DNA of 64,000 nucleotides, taken from positions 4,419 to 68,418 of the forward strand of contig CAWKEA010000006.1 of the NCBI GenBank assembly GCA_963848635.1. The letters run 5' to 3'. The translations under genes were made by a program, and so were the position numbers. A model generated the notes under the pieces. That model saw only the letters and a program-made list of their open reading frames with translations, was not told the origin of the DNA and did not search any database. This document shows, in pieces, positions 1 through 9,068 of this stretch; positions within the stretch are counted from its first letter, which is position 1, and every line of letters begins with the position of its first letter. The stretch comes from an uncultured bacterium. GTDB taxonomy: Bacteria; Patescibacteriota; Minisyncoccia; Phycocordibacterales; PALSA-1337.

Positions 1-117
1 CATGCCCGGACGCTTTCTGACCGGTTCGAGCCCCTCGAGGACCTGGATCGCATCAGCGCCATAGGTGTCTTTCTTTGCTGCTTTTTTTTCTTGCTTTTCT
101 TCTGTATCTTTGGCCAT
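1..117 (-). CDS. gyrB: DNA gyrase subunit B, N-terminal fragment (runs off the window start)
   Basis: The minus-strand translation from the ATG at 117 reads [39 protein letters not shown], matching the canonical GyrB N-terminus ([23 protein letters not shown]). Confidence 0.6.
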   Translation of the reverse strand, partial: [39 protein letters not shown]

Positions 118-129
118 ATTGTTGGGTAA

Positions 130-1350
130 AAATGAAAAAGCCAAATATAAAATAGGGCTTTTGACCCTTCTAGTATACCAGAAACCCGTTCAAAATGCAC
201 ACTTATGAATAACCCCACCCATCTTTGCACTTTTCTGATAATTGATTCACATAATACTCGGAAGAGGTCAGCACTTCAAGCGGCACCAATTTGTTCTTGA
301 AAGCACAGTGCACTCTTTTGGTGTTGTAGAAGGTCAAATATTCCTTCAACTTTTCATTAAATTTGGTAGTGTCATCAAAGAGTATGTTGACATTGTAATC
401 AACGAACTCTTCTTGGATGGTACCATTGAAGCTCTCACAGTGAGCATTCATCTTGGGAGTCTTCGGATATGTGTGGTAGTGAGTGATGTTGTTCTTTGTA
501 AGTAAGGCGTCAAGATGTAGCTTGAATTCTGATCCGTTGTCAGTCAGTACATTCTTGATTTCATACGGAAACATCTGCATGATCAGGTAGAAGAAATGAG
601 CAAACGTCTTTGAAGAATGTGACTTGGTAGCGATTGCGTAGGTAGTGCGTGAATATATGTCGATTGCAGTTAAAATGTACATCCTACGACCATTTCTCTG
701 TTTCTCAATGGTATCGAGTGCCAAAACGTGTCCGGGGTACGTTGGCACCAAGTCCTTGGGCTTTCTAAGCACTTTCTTGCGATTGGTTTTCTTGATCTTG
801 CCAAAGTGTGACACTTTCTGCGGGAATGTCCGGAGGCCACCCATGTCAGTGATTAGTCTTTCAATAGTTGATGGTTTTGGACACTTCTCAATTCCAAAAG
901 CATCACAGAAGTCCAGAAGCAACGGGTATAGCTTTTCTGCGCCGAGGTTTGGATGATCGACCCGTAACTTCCGAAGCTCCTCAAGTATGCGGAAATCCCA
1001 AGTTCTTTTTCTCTTCTTTTGAGGTGTTCTTTTGCCAGGATTCAAGGCTTCGACTTTGCCATTGCCTTCATCCAATTTCTTCTTCCAATTGAACAAAGTC
1101 CGTCTGGAAACCTTGAATGCGTCCATGGCTGAATCGAGCCCATACTTACCCCAATGTATTAATATTTTGTACCTTTCCTGCGCTTGTTTGGTGATCATAT
1201 GATGATACCTTACCGCGTAGTTCAAGACTGTGACAAATCCTTTAATTCCCCTGCGTTTTGATTGTATTCTCATGTTGCGCCCATGTAATTAATGAGTGCA
1301 ATATGTATCTGAGGTTAGTCAACTTAAAAAGTAGCGAATATGGCTTTATT
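130..1350 (-). mobile_element. IS481-family-like insertion sequence (boundaries approximate)
   Basis: Contains the rve-type transposase gene. Imperfect inverted repeats (AAAGCCAaATA...TTTTGAC near 136 versus the reverse complement of ~1318-1350) flank the ORF. Its position directly upstream of the gyrB start suggests an insertion. Confidence 0.4.
203..1273 (-). CDS. IS481-family transposase (DDE integrase core, rve domain)
   Basis: 356 aa with an N-terminal HTH-like region. The integrase catalytic core carries the LTDNGSEF motif and a downstream K/R-rich tail, typical of IS481/IS3-type DDE transposases. Confidence 0.8.
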   Translation of the reverse strand: MRIQSKRRGIKGFVTVLNYAVRYHHMITKQAQERYKILIHWGKYGLDSAMDAFKVSRRTLFNWKKKLDEGNGKVEALNPGKRTPQKKRKRTWDFRILEELRKLRVDHPNLGAEKLYPLLLDFCDAFGIEKCPKPSTIERLITDMGGLRTFPQKVSHFGKIKKTNRKKVLRKPKDLVPTYPGHVLALDTIEKQRNGRRMYILTAIDIYSRTTYAIATKSHSSKTFAHFFYLIMQMFPYEIKNVLTDNGSEFKLHLDALLTKNNITHYHTYPKTPKMNAHCESFNGTIQEEFVDYNVNILFDDTTKFNEKLKEYLTFYNTKRVHCAFKNKLVPLEVLTSSEYYVNQLSEKCKDGWGYS

Positions 1351-1478
1351 AAAAGGTCGAATTATCCCCATAAAAGGGATTGCTCCATGATAAGTTATCA
1401 ACAGCTGTCATAAGATCTTGTGAGATCAACTGCGGTTTTTCATTTGCAATTTGACAGGTATCTCTTTATAGTATTCAC

Positions 1479-2021
1479 ATGAAATCATCCGATAGATCAA
1501 AGGACGTATCCATTGTTCAAAATGGAGACCCAATCCTGTTTAAAAAAGCTGAGGAAGTGAGCCTGGGAGATATTGGCACGCAAAAGATAGGAAAGATCAT
1601 AGCCGATATGAAAGCCGCCGTGGATAGCCAAAAAGACGGAATTGCCATAGCCGCGCCCCAAATCGGCCAATCTTTACGCATCTTCGTCGTGTCGTGCAAC
1701 GTCATGAGAGAAGCAGATCCAAAGTTCAAAGCCACAGGAGATCATCTTGTTTTCATCAACCCCAAAATACTCAGACTGTCGAAAAAAATGCAAGACATCG
1801 AGGAGGGATGCCTTTCAGTCAGATGGAAATATGGAATGGTCAAAAGAGCTGAAAAAGCGACCATAAGCGCACTCGACGAGCATGGCAAGCCTTTCGAACG
1901 CGGAGCTTCCGGCATACTGGCGCAAGTCTTTCAGCATGAGACTGACCACCTCGAAGGCGCGCTTTTTATCGACAAAGCCCGCAACATCCGCGATCTGCCG
2001 CCGCAGGAGATCGGAAAATAA
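1479..2021 (+). CDS. def: peptide deformylase
   Basis: Three peptide-deformylase signature motifs are present: GIAIAAPQIG, EGCLS and HETDHLEG. Confidence 0.92.
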   Translation: MKSSDRSKDVSIVQNGDPILFKKAEEVSLGDIGTQKIGKIIADMKAAVDSQKDGIAIAAPQIGQSLRIFVVSCNVMREADPKFKATGDHLVFINPKILRLSKKMQDIEEGCLSVRWKYGMVKRAEKATISALDEHGKPFERGASGILAQVFQHETDHLEGALFIDKARNIRDLPPQEIGK

Positions 2022-2025
2022 AAAC

Positions 2026-2889
2026 ATGGTCCCTTTTACATTCTTCGGCAGTTCAGAGCTCTCGATATACGTTCTCGAGGCTCTCAAGGCAAAAGGATTT
2101 TTGCCGACAATCATAGTCACGACGCCGGACAGACCGCAGGGCCGCGGCTTGATTTTGACTCCGACACCCGTAAAAATATGGGGGCAGAAAAACGGCATAA
2201 GCGTTATCAGCCCGGCAAAGCTCGATGATTCCTTCGTCTCAGATTTACAGAAAACTAGCTGTGAATTAGGCATCGTCGCATCGTACGGAAAGATCATCCC
2301 GGAAAAAGTCTTGGAGATATGGTCAAAAAAGACTTTGAACGTGCACCCTTCCCTTCTCCCGAAATACCGTGGCGCTTCACCGATCCAATCAGCCATGCTC
2401 GCCGACGATAAAAGCACCGGTGTCACGATCATGAGGATGGACAAGGATATGGATCACGGGCCGATTGTCGCCGTAAAAAACGTCTATTTCAATGAATGGC
2501 CAACATATGAGAAAGTCGAGGAAAGCCTTGGCACGAGCGGCGGCGATCTTCTTGCCAACATCCTGCCGGATTGGATAGAAGGAAAGATACAAGAGATCGA
2601 ACAAGACCACTCCAAGGCTACTTTTACGAAGAAAATAACAAAAGAGGACGGTTTGATCGGCATAGATGACATCTTGACTGGAGCTCCCATCGAGCGATCG
2701 TATTCGGCTTTCCTCAAGATACAGGCCTATCATTCTTGGCCCGTGGCATACTTCTTTGCGGAAAGGAACAGCAAGGAGATCAGGGTCAAGATAACTTTGG
2801 CATCATGGACGGATAATAAGCTTGTCATCGAAAAAGTCACGCCTGAAGGCAGAAAAGAGATGTCGTACAATGACTTTTCAAGAAAATGA
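2026..2889 (+). CDS. fmt: methionyl-tRNA formyltransferase
   Basis: Starts at the ATG 4 nt after the def stop (MVPFTFFGSSEL...). The formyltransferase N-domain carries the HPSLLPKYRG motif; the def-fmt gene order is conserved. The track ORF 1882..2889 is an upstream in-frame extension overlapping def. Confidence 0.88.
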   Translation: MVPFTFFGSSELSIYVLEALKAKGFLPTIIVTTPDRPQGRGLILTPTPVKIWGQKNGISVISPAKLDDSFVSDLQKTSCELGIVASYGKIIPEKVLEIWSKKTLNVHPSLLPKYRGASPIQSAMLADDKSTGVTIMRMDKDMDHGPIVAVKNVYFNEWPTYEKVEESLGTSGGDLLANILPDWIEGKIQEIEQDHSKATFTKKITKEDGLIGIDDILTGAPIERSYSAFLKIQAYHSWPVAYFFAERNSKEIRVKITLASWTDNKLVIEKVTPEGRKEMSYNDFSRK

Positions 2890-3129
2890 TGCACGAGGTG
2901 CGAGAGAGGGCGTAAGCATCCCATAGACCTGCGCTCTATTTTTATCGCATCCAAGAATTCGAAACCAGATTGTCCCCGATGATCTGCGATTGCTGGACAA
3001 AATAATACAGACAAGTCCAGAAAGCCATGAGCGATATGAGCGCTATGCAAAGCATGCTATTGACTTTTTGTTTTAGAAAATGCCCTATCATGATGGAGTT
3101 GTCATCGATGATCAGCTGTTTCATTCGGC

Positions 3130-3513
3130 TTATTCAACCGAGCCGCTCTTCTTCCAAAGGCCTCGTATCATGTTTTTCACAGTTATTCCTCCCTCTCGGA
3201 TCCTGGAAATCCTCTTGCCCTTGTCAGAGGAAAGCCGACGGATGACTTCGTCGCGGACAGCATCGATAGCCGCATAGAGATCGGCTTGTTCGCTTCCTGC
3301 ATAGATATCTCGTTTGGCGGCCACGATATGCGCTTCAGCCCTAAAAACATCGCCTTTTTTATGGTGCATTGTCGATTTGCCGACTTCAAAGTCGCAGATA
3401 GCCGAGGGATCGTTTTCCAAAAAAGCCTCAACGGACTCAAGCCTCTTGTTTATGTATCCGCTGATCGAAGGGGTCAAGCTGATGTTGGTCGTCTTTATGC
3501 GTATATTCATAGG
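3130..3513 (-). CDS. hpf: ribosome hibernation-promoting factor (RaiA/HPF family)
   Basis: MNIRIKTTNISLTPSI...LESVEAFL...AEAHIVAAKRDIYA is a typical sigma-54 modulation / HPF fold sequence. The start is taken at the internal Met (MNIRIK). Confidence 0.8.
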   Translation of the reverse strand, partial: PMNIRIKTTNISLTPSISGYINKRLESVEAFLENDPSAICDFEVGKSTMHHKKGDVFRAEAHIVAAKRDIYAGSEQADLYAAIDAVRDEVIRRLSSDKGKRISRIREGGITVKNMIRGLWKKSGSVE

Positions 3514-3917
3514 ATGATATGTAGTTTGATGATGGATAATTGCCGAGCCCATTATACACTATCGCGAAGTCTATTCCTATACTACGTACGTATAGTAAAA
3601 AAGTTTTCAACAGACCAAGCTTGCGCAAGCATATAGAATGCGGGATATTTGAACAAGGCTTGGCTGAACATAAAAGTTGAGAACTGAAAGGAGGTGATCT
3701 CGGACATCTATCCAGACCAACTCCCCGTTGGTCTGGATTCGGTTGCTAGTATAAGACGTGCATCAACTTCAGCCAGGCCGACTCTTTCAAGCGACTGATA
3801 TCATCATATCGTCGCTTTTTTATTTCTTGCCTGGTCTGTTCGGCTTCCGCTCGGCTTCCGCTTCACATTTTATCCTATATTTGTTAGTATCTAATGGCTC
3901 TTCAGAAGAAGAGATAT

Positions 3918-3990
3918 TCCGCGATAGCTCAGTTGGTAGAGCGCCTCGCTGTTAACGAGGATGTCCCAGGTTCGAGCCCTGGTCGCGGAG
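3918..3990 (+). tRNA. tRNA-Asn (anticodon GTT)
   Basis: Cloverleaf read by hand: acceptor TCCGCGA/TCGCGGA, D-arm GCTC-AGTTGGTA-GAGC, anticodon stem CCTCG/CGAGG with loop CTGTTAA, T-arm CCAGG-TTCGAGC-CCTGG. CCA is not encoded. Confidence 0.85.
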
Positions 3991-4121
3991 CCGACGAAAA
4001 TAGCCCTAGGAAATATGGGGTTATTTTTATGTGTAGATAGGACGTTAGAACCTGTATACGAATAAAAGTTTATCCACCGATAAATAAATCTATAAAACAT
4101 TTATTTTGATATGATAAATCT

Positions 4122-5516
4122 GTGGTGAAAAACTTATCCTCAAGGTTCATTATAAGCGGGATAACTATAACTTTTCCGGGCATCGTGTTTGCGCAAACAA
4201 ATACCACCCTATCTAGCTTATCTCAATCGATGGTCGGCTATTTCAATATGGCCGTAGAAGTCATCATAGGTCTTGCTGTCATTGTTTTCATCTATAATAT
4301 CTATCGCTATTTCTTTTGGGATAGAGAAAGCAAAGAACGCGGCATGTATCTATTCTGGAGCATCATTGGCTTTGCTGTGATCGTATGCTTCTGGGGCTTG
4401 GTTAATCTCATTACGAACACCTTTAATTTTGACAATTCTGCCCCGACCAGCTTTGGTAATCTATTTGGCGGATCGTCTGGTACGCTTAGCGGCAATTCTT
4501 CTGGTTCATCGTTTTCTGGCACTAATTCCTCTGGTAGTGCAAATAGTATAAGTAATACGTTTGGTTCACCTGTTTCTAGCAATAATTCATCGGGTAGCAC
4601 GATGAGCAATCCATTCGGTTCATCAGTCTCTGGCAGTCAATCACAAAATGGTAGCGGGGGTTCTGGCAGTACTGGGAATACGACTAGTCAGACAAACGCC
4701 GCCAACCTCAGCCAACTTCAACAAAATTACCAGAATAATTGTATCAATAGTGCCGGACAGCCCATACAACTCCCTTCATGCACGTCTCTTCAAAACCAGA
4801 TTCAAACTGCACAAAATACAACAAATCAGACAAACGCCGCCAACCTCAGCCAACTTCAACAAAATTACCAGAATAATTGTATCAATAGTGCCGGACAGCC
4901 CATACAACTCCCTTCATGCACGTCTCTTCAAAACCAGATTCAAACTGCACAAAATACAACAAATCAGACAAACGCCGCCAACCTCAGCCAACTTCAACAA
5001 AATTACCAGAATAATTGTATCAATAGTGCCGGACAGCCCATACAACTCCCTTCATGCACGTCTCTTCAAAACCAGATTCAAACTGCACAAAATACAACAA
5101 ATCAGACAAACGCCGCTAACCTCAGCCAACTTCAGCAAAATTACCAGAATAATTGTATCGATAGTGCTGGACAGCCCATACAACTGCCTTCATGCACATC
5201 ACTTCAAAGCCAAATCCAAGCAGCTCAACAAAGCGTTGGTACTAACAGTACGGCGAATACCGCACAACAAAATGAGGACGTACAGGATTGTTTAGACGAA
5301 GGAGTAGATGCGGCTACTTGTCAGAGTGAGTATGGCACTGGCGACTCATCGACTGGAAACGCGGGAAATACGACGGATCAGCAGTCCACACAAAATTCAT
5401 CTGATAATTCAGGCTCCAGTTGCGATGCATATGGAAACTGCAATATTGATTCCCAGAGTCAGGGACAGGATAATACAGATTCTTATACCCAAGATAATAC
5501 AGACACAAGCCAATAG
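4122..5516 (+). CDS. membrane/secreted protein: signal peptide plus two-helix pilin-like N-domain, then a S/G/N/T/Q-rich tail with 4 tandem Cys-containing repeats
   Basis: The N-terminus has a signal peptide followed by two hydrophobic helices separated by DRESKERG. This resembles small T4SS-pilin-like (TrbC/VirB2-type) proteins (weak inference). The rest is low complexity with four 46-aa repeats (TNQTNAANLSQLQQNYQNNCINSAGQPIQLPSCTSLQNQIQTAQNT). Confidence 0.6.
   Translation: MVKNLSSRFIISGITITFPGIVFAQTNTTLSSLSQSMVGYFNMAVEVIIGLAVIVFIYNIYRYFFWDRESKERGMYLFWSIIGFAVIVCFWGLVNLITNTFNFDNSAPTSFGNLFGGSSGTLSGNSSGSSFSGTNSSGSANSISNTFGSPVSSNNSSGSTMSNPFGSSVSGSQSQNGSGGSGSTGNTTSQTNAANLSQLQQNYQNNCINSAGQPIQLPSCTSLQNQIQTAQNTTNQTNAANLSQLQQNYQNNCINSAGQPIQLPSCTSLQNQIQTAQNTTNQTNAANLSQLQQNYQNNCINSAGQPIQLPSCTSLQNQIQTAQNTTNQTNAANLSQLQQNYQNNCIDSAGQPIQLPSCTSLQSQIQAAQQSVGTNSTANTAQQNEDVQDCLDEGVDAATCQSEYGTGDSSTGNAGNTTDQQSTQNSSDNSGSSCDAYGNCNIDSQSQGQDNTDSYTQDNTDTSQ
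4689..5240 (+). repeat. tandem repeat, 138-bp unit x4 inside the CDS 4122..5516
   Basis: The unit start CAGACAAACGCCGCCAACCTCAGCC recurs at 4689, 4827, 4965 and 5103. The first three copies are near-identical at the nucleotide level; the fourth diverges. Confidence 0.9.
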
Positions 5517-5697
5517 CCTATTAAGACTAGCTTATTTTTCATGGTACTTTTTATCAAGTAGCTTTAGATGGTTGTACTATAAGCTGATATTTGTTAACAT
5601 ATTCTGCATGACGTACCACAGTGTACAGATCAATAAGGCAAAGAAAAACATCTCCTAACAGAGGGCGTCTTTTCTTTTACTTACATCTTGTATCAGC

Positions 5698-5735
5698 AAA
5701 ACACCCTCTGTCTGGGGGTGTTTTGTTTTGTGTGT
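5698..5735 (+). terminator. rho-independent terminator-like hairpin plus T-run
   Basis: AACACCCTCTGTCTGGGGGTGTT followed by TTGTTTTG. Confidence 0.5.
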
Positions 5736-5782
5736 ACAGAGATAGTTCGTTGAAAACTAAATAAAAAAAGCAAACTAAAAAC

Positions 5783-6676
5783 ATGAAAAACATATCACTA
5801 GCTGGTTCCATTGTTGCACTCGTTACCCCGTTTATTGGCGGAGGAATAGACTACGAGGCACTTGCAAAACTTATTGAGTTCCATATTGCTCGCGGGACAA
5901 AAGGCATCGTCGTATGTGGTACTACAGGCGAGTCTGCAACACTGTCACATGGCGAGCATGTGAAAATCATTTATCACGCAGTGCGAGTGTCCGCAGGAAG
6001 GATTCCGATTATTGCTGGCACAGGAAGCAATAGCACGGCGGAGGCTATTAGTTTAACAAAAGCCGCCAAAAAATATGGCGCAAATGGGGCCCTTCTTATT
6101 TCGCCGTATTACAATCGGCCAAGTCAGGAAGGTCTATATCAACACTATCGTGCAGTTTCTGAGTCAGTTGATCTACCACTCGTTTTGTATTCGATCAGGA
6201 GTCGGACGGGTGTCAATATTGAAGCTGAGACCGTGGCAAGACTCGCGCGACTCAAGAATATCATCGGTATTAAGGAGGCCTCGGGCGACCTTGCACAGAT
6301 GACGGAAATTATGGCGCTCACTGGTGGTATGTTTCAGCTCACTTCGGGTGACGATGCACTGACTTTGCCCGTGCTATCAATCGGTGGGGTCGGCGTCATT
6401 TCTGTCCTGGCTAATATCGTGCCGGAGGAGACACAGGCAGTCGTGGATGCATTTCAACAGAAAAAGAATCCCGTGGCAGCGGTACTTAACCGCAAACTCA
6501 TTCGACTAACAAAGGCTATGTTTATGGAGACAAATCCCGTGCCTGTAAAGACTGCTTTAGGCATGATGGGGATGATAGATCCTGAAGTTCGGCTTCCCCT
6601 CTGCCCGATGTCCGATGCAAACGCCACTAGACTTAGGCAAGAACTGCAGTCAGCTGGATTGATTAAAGTTCCTTGA
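5783..6676 (+). CDS. dapA: 4-hydroxy-tetrahydrodipicolinate synthase (DapA/NAL family)
   Basis: VVCGTTGES is present; the Schiff-base lysine lies in IGIKEASGD; YYNRPSQEGL is present. Length 297 aa. Confidence 0.85.
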   Translation: MKNISLAGSIVALVTPFIGGGIDYEALAKLIEFHIARGTKGIVVCGTTGESATLSHGEHVKIIYHAVRVSAGRIPIIAGTGSNSTAEAISLTKAAKKYGANGALLISPYYNRPSQEGLYQHYRAVSESVDLPLVLYSIRSRTGVNIEAETVARLARLKNIIGIKEASGDLAQMTEIMALTGGMFQLTSGDDALTLPVLSIGGVGVISVLANIVPEETQAVVDAFQQKKNPVAAVLNRKLIRLTKAMFMETNPVPVKTALGMMGMIDPEVRLPLCPMSDANATRLRQELQSAGLIKVP

Positions 6677-6696
6677 TCAGTGACAACTACCCAACC

Positions 6697-6730
6697 CAAC
6701 AACATAATCTGCTGTTGGGTTTTTATTTAC
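6697..6730 (+). terminator. rho-independent terminator-like hairpin
   Basis: CCCAACAACATAATCTGCTGTTGGG followed by TTTTTATTT. Confidence 0.5.
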
Positions 6731-6875
6731 CCAAACAAGTTCTTACCCCGTCCTAAGATTAGGATTGATAGAATACATTTTATAATGTATCTTTATATTG
6801 AACAACACCATCGGCTGTTCCGATAAATCGTTGTTTGAAAACATAAAACAAAAGCAAAGAAAGGATACCGGGCAT

Positions 6876-7553
6876 ATGCCTAAATCATCCGATACCCAGA
6901 CAGGTCCGTCGAGCGGCAGTGTGTTGTCGTTCATGGCGGAGTTAACCAAAAGTTTGTCACCCGTTCTCGGCAGAGCACCTACCGAAGACGTGCACGAGCT
7001 CAAAAAAAGCATCCATTTGATTCGCGATTACGTTGGGCGCCTTCTTGATAACGGTGTGCCGGGCCTGTCTACAGAAAAAATAGACGAGCTTTGTGCAGAG
7101 CCACTCGAAAGTCTCGGACTTTCCCGTCGCCCTTGTAACTCTGTTCTCAACCGTGGTGCTAAAACCATAGGTCAACTTGCTCGCATGACGTGGAGCGATC
7201 TTCTGAGCGTTCGCAACCTTGACGATATTTCTGCTCATGAGATTAGGACAAAGCTTAAAAAGCGCGGCCTTTCCCTTGGGCTTTCGCGGGGCGTTTGCGG
7301 CGCTGAGAAAAAGACTCTGAAAAAATTATTCCTGAATCAGAACCTGTGGCCAATATTCGCTTATTACGAAGTAGCAGAAGATTTCCTTAGGCAAGGAATA
7401 TCGACGGCTCAGGATTTTATTGACCAACCAAAAGTAACAGTCCTACAGCGTCTTGCCCAGGACTCCAGTCTTACGACTTCCTCAGCTGCTGATAGCTATG
7501 AAGCCATCGAGGCAAAGATCCAAAAGGGATTACTGGCAATCGACGCGATGTGA
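6876..7553 (+). CDS. stand-alone protein with RNA polymerase alpha-subunit C-terminal-domain (alphaCTD, HhH)-like region
   Basis: The segment LGLSRRPCNSVLNRGAKTIGQLARMTWSDLLSVRNLDDISAHEIRTKLKKRGLSLG closely matches the RpoA alphaCTD consensus (...LSVRSANCL...IGDL...L...NLGKKSLTEI...RGLSLG). A second, weaker HhH-like segment follows. The start is taken at the internal Met preceded by AGGA; the track ORF begins at 6798. Confidence 0.55.
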   Translation: MPKSSDTQTGPSSGSVLSFMAELTKSLSPVLGRAPTEDVHELKKSIHLIRDYVGRLLDNGVPGLSTEKIDELCAEPLESLGLSRRPCNSVLNRGAKTIGQLARMTWSDLLSVRNLDDISAHEIRTKLKKRGLSLGLSRGVCGAEKKTLKKLFLNQNLWPIFAYYEVAEDFLRQGISTAQDFIDQPKVTVLQRLAQDSSLTTSSAADSYEAIEAKIQKGLLAIDAM

Positions 7554-7568
7554 TGTGAAAGCAATCTC

Positions 7569-7603
7569 AAGCCACCCAAAGAAATGCGGGTGGTTTTTTT
7601 ATT
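7569..7603 (+). terminator. rho-independent terminator
   Basis: CCACCCAAAGAAATGCGGGTGG followed by TTTTTTTATTT. Confidence 0.6.
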
Positions 7604-7615
7604 TACTTAAATACT

Positions 7616-7644
7616 GGTTCTCACATCATTCAACATGCGGAAGC
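7616..7644 (+). repeat. intergenic repeat family A copy (GGTTCTAACGTCATTCAACATGCGGAGC-like)
   Basis: ggttctcacatcattcaacatgcggaagc. Confidence 0.6.
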
Positions 7645-8122
7645 ATCAATTCGCTAAAAAGTGTTTAAAATGTTACAGTCTTCAATGGAACGGATCTTCG
7701 CCAATTTCGCACAAACCTTGTGATGAAAGTAAACAAAGGGAGAATAAATACTGATAATACGGCTAATTATGGATATAACACCACAATGGTATAAACAACG
7801 ATGTGCCAAGATTCAGGCCAAATGTTTTGGATATCCAGATGAACGCTCACGAGGCAACATTTGTCATATCGGAGAATACATGGCTGTGAACCATTCGAGA
7901 CTCGATTCTGAAGTAAAAACTAAAGATTCTGGGTCAGTTTGTACAGATCCTCTGTCAAACAACTAACACGCTCATCTTAGGTGAGAAAATGAAAATCGGC
8001 TTGTGCATTATACATGCTCAAGGTTTGAGAAGAAATAAACTGCAAAATTAAAAATAATAGTTTATGAGCTCAAATTCATAACAGAAACCGCTGAGAAAAT
8101 TACATCGGCGGTTTTTCTATTA

Positions 8123-8165
8123 TTTGATACTTATATTTGATACTTATATTTGATACTTACGATAC
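8123..8165. repeat. short tandem repeat (13-bp unit TTTGATACTTATA, about 3 copies)
   Basis: tttgatacttatatttgatacttatatttgatacttac, seen directly in a 1.5-kb AT-rich non-coding stretch. Confidence 0.7.
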
Positions 8166-8229
8166 TAATGATATTATATTCTATCTTATTCCAATAGCTG
8201 TTTTTGATCCTAACTAACGTACAATTTTT

Positions 8230-8421
8230 TTATAATACTTTTTTACTTTGTAATAATCGGACGATAATCAAGACGACTCCTACTACGAGAAGAATATAAA
8301 TAAAACCACCAAGGGTGTATGAAGTGATTACTCCCAAGAGGCACAGAACGATGAGTATGATTGCTATTGTGATTAACATAAATGTGATTGATAGACGTTT
8401 ATTAGTTGTTGAGACAACCAT
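8230..8421 (-). CDS. small hydrophobic ORF (possible membrane peptide)
   Basis: 63 aa with two predicted TM segments; no other support. Confidence 0.2.
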   Translation of the reverse strand: MVVSTTNKRLSITFMLITIAIILIVLCLLGVITSYTLGGFIYILLVVGVVLIIVRLLQSKKVL

Positions 8422-8833
8422 GTCTTATTATAGATGTCGTAGCAAAGATAATTACATTACGTAAGCCGAATGACAATCCACATATCAAAAGATTCAACGG
8501 AACGCTTCAAGAAGAATGTATCGATCGTGATTCGAATAATGCGAAGCTATTGGCTAGAAAACGGAAAACCGGCTAGATAAGACTTGCAGGCCCTCTTTCA
8601 TTTAAAAGCCAGATTCATTCGCGTGGCTGCTCAATTTCAACCCCCTTATTTTCATCTCCTTTTATATCCTCAGAATCAATCTGCTCATCCTTATCCTTTG
8701 CAACGTAAAGCTGTGATTCGTTGAATATGCTGATTATATGCTTCATATATATTGTTGAATCAGTATTATGCATTTAATTCGACCTTTTTCTTAACCACAA
8801 TGCCGTTATACATCGAAAATCATTACCCGCTAC

Positions 8834-8862
8834 AGGTTCGAACTTTGTTCAACATGCGGAGC
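8834..8862 (+). repeat. intergenic repeat family A copy
   Basis: aggttcgaactttgttcaacatgcggagc. Confidence 0.6.
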
Positions 8863-9068
8863 TTGACTTGACAGATTATCTATATCGTTATGTAGTAAAA
8901 CAAAACCTGCTCACAATTTTTGTGTGCTGTTCTACACGCGGTAATTTTTTTGTGTTAAGTGTAGCATCACATATAATAAAAACTGTACGACACTAGAATC
9001 AATACGACTTATCTTTTTATTCTGTCATTGAGGGTCACATCAAATCATTAATTTGGTATACTTATGAT

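Noticed and set aside
1882-2025. N-terminal extension of the fmt ORF (track start 1882) overlapping def.
   Set aside because: The extension overlaps the 3' end of def in another frame and has no formyltransferase similarity. The ATG at 2026 gives the canonical Fmt N-terminus.
4648-5295. 215-aa ORF on the plus strand in an alternative frame of the tandem-repeat gene.
   Set aside because: It is an artefact of the 138-bp repeat periodicity (repeated RQTPPTSANFNKITRIIVSIVPDSPYNSLHARLFKTRFKLHKIQQI units) and is wholly contained in the better-supported 4122..5516 gene.
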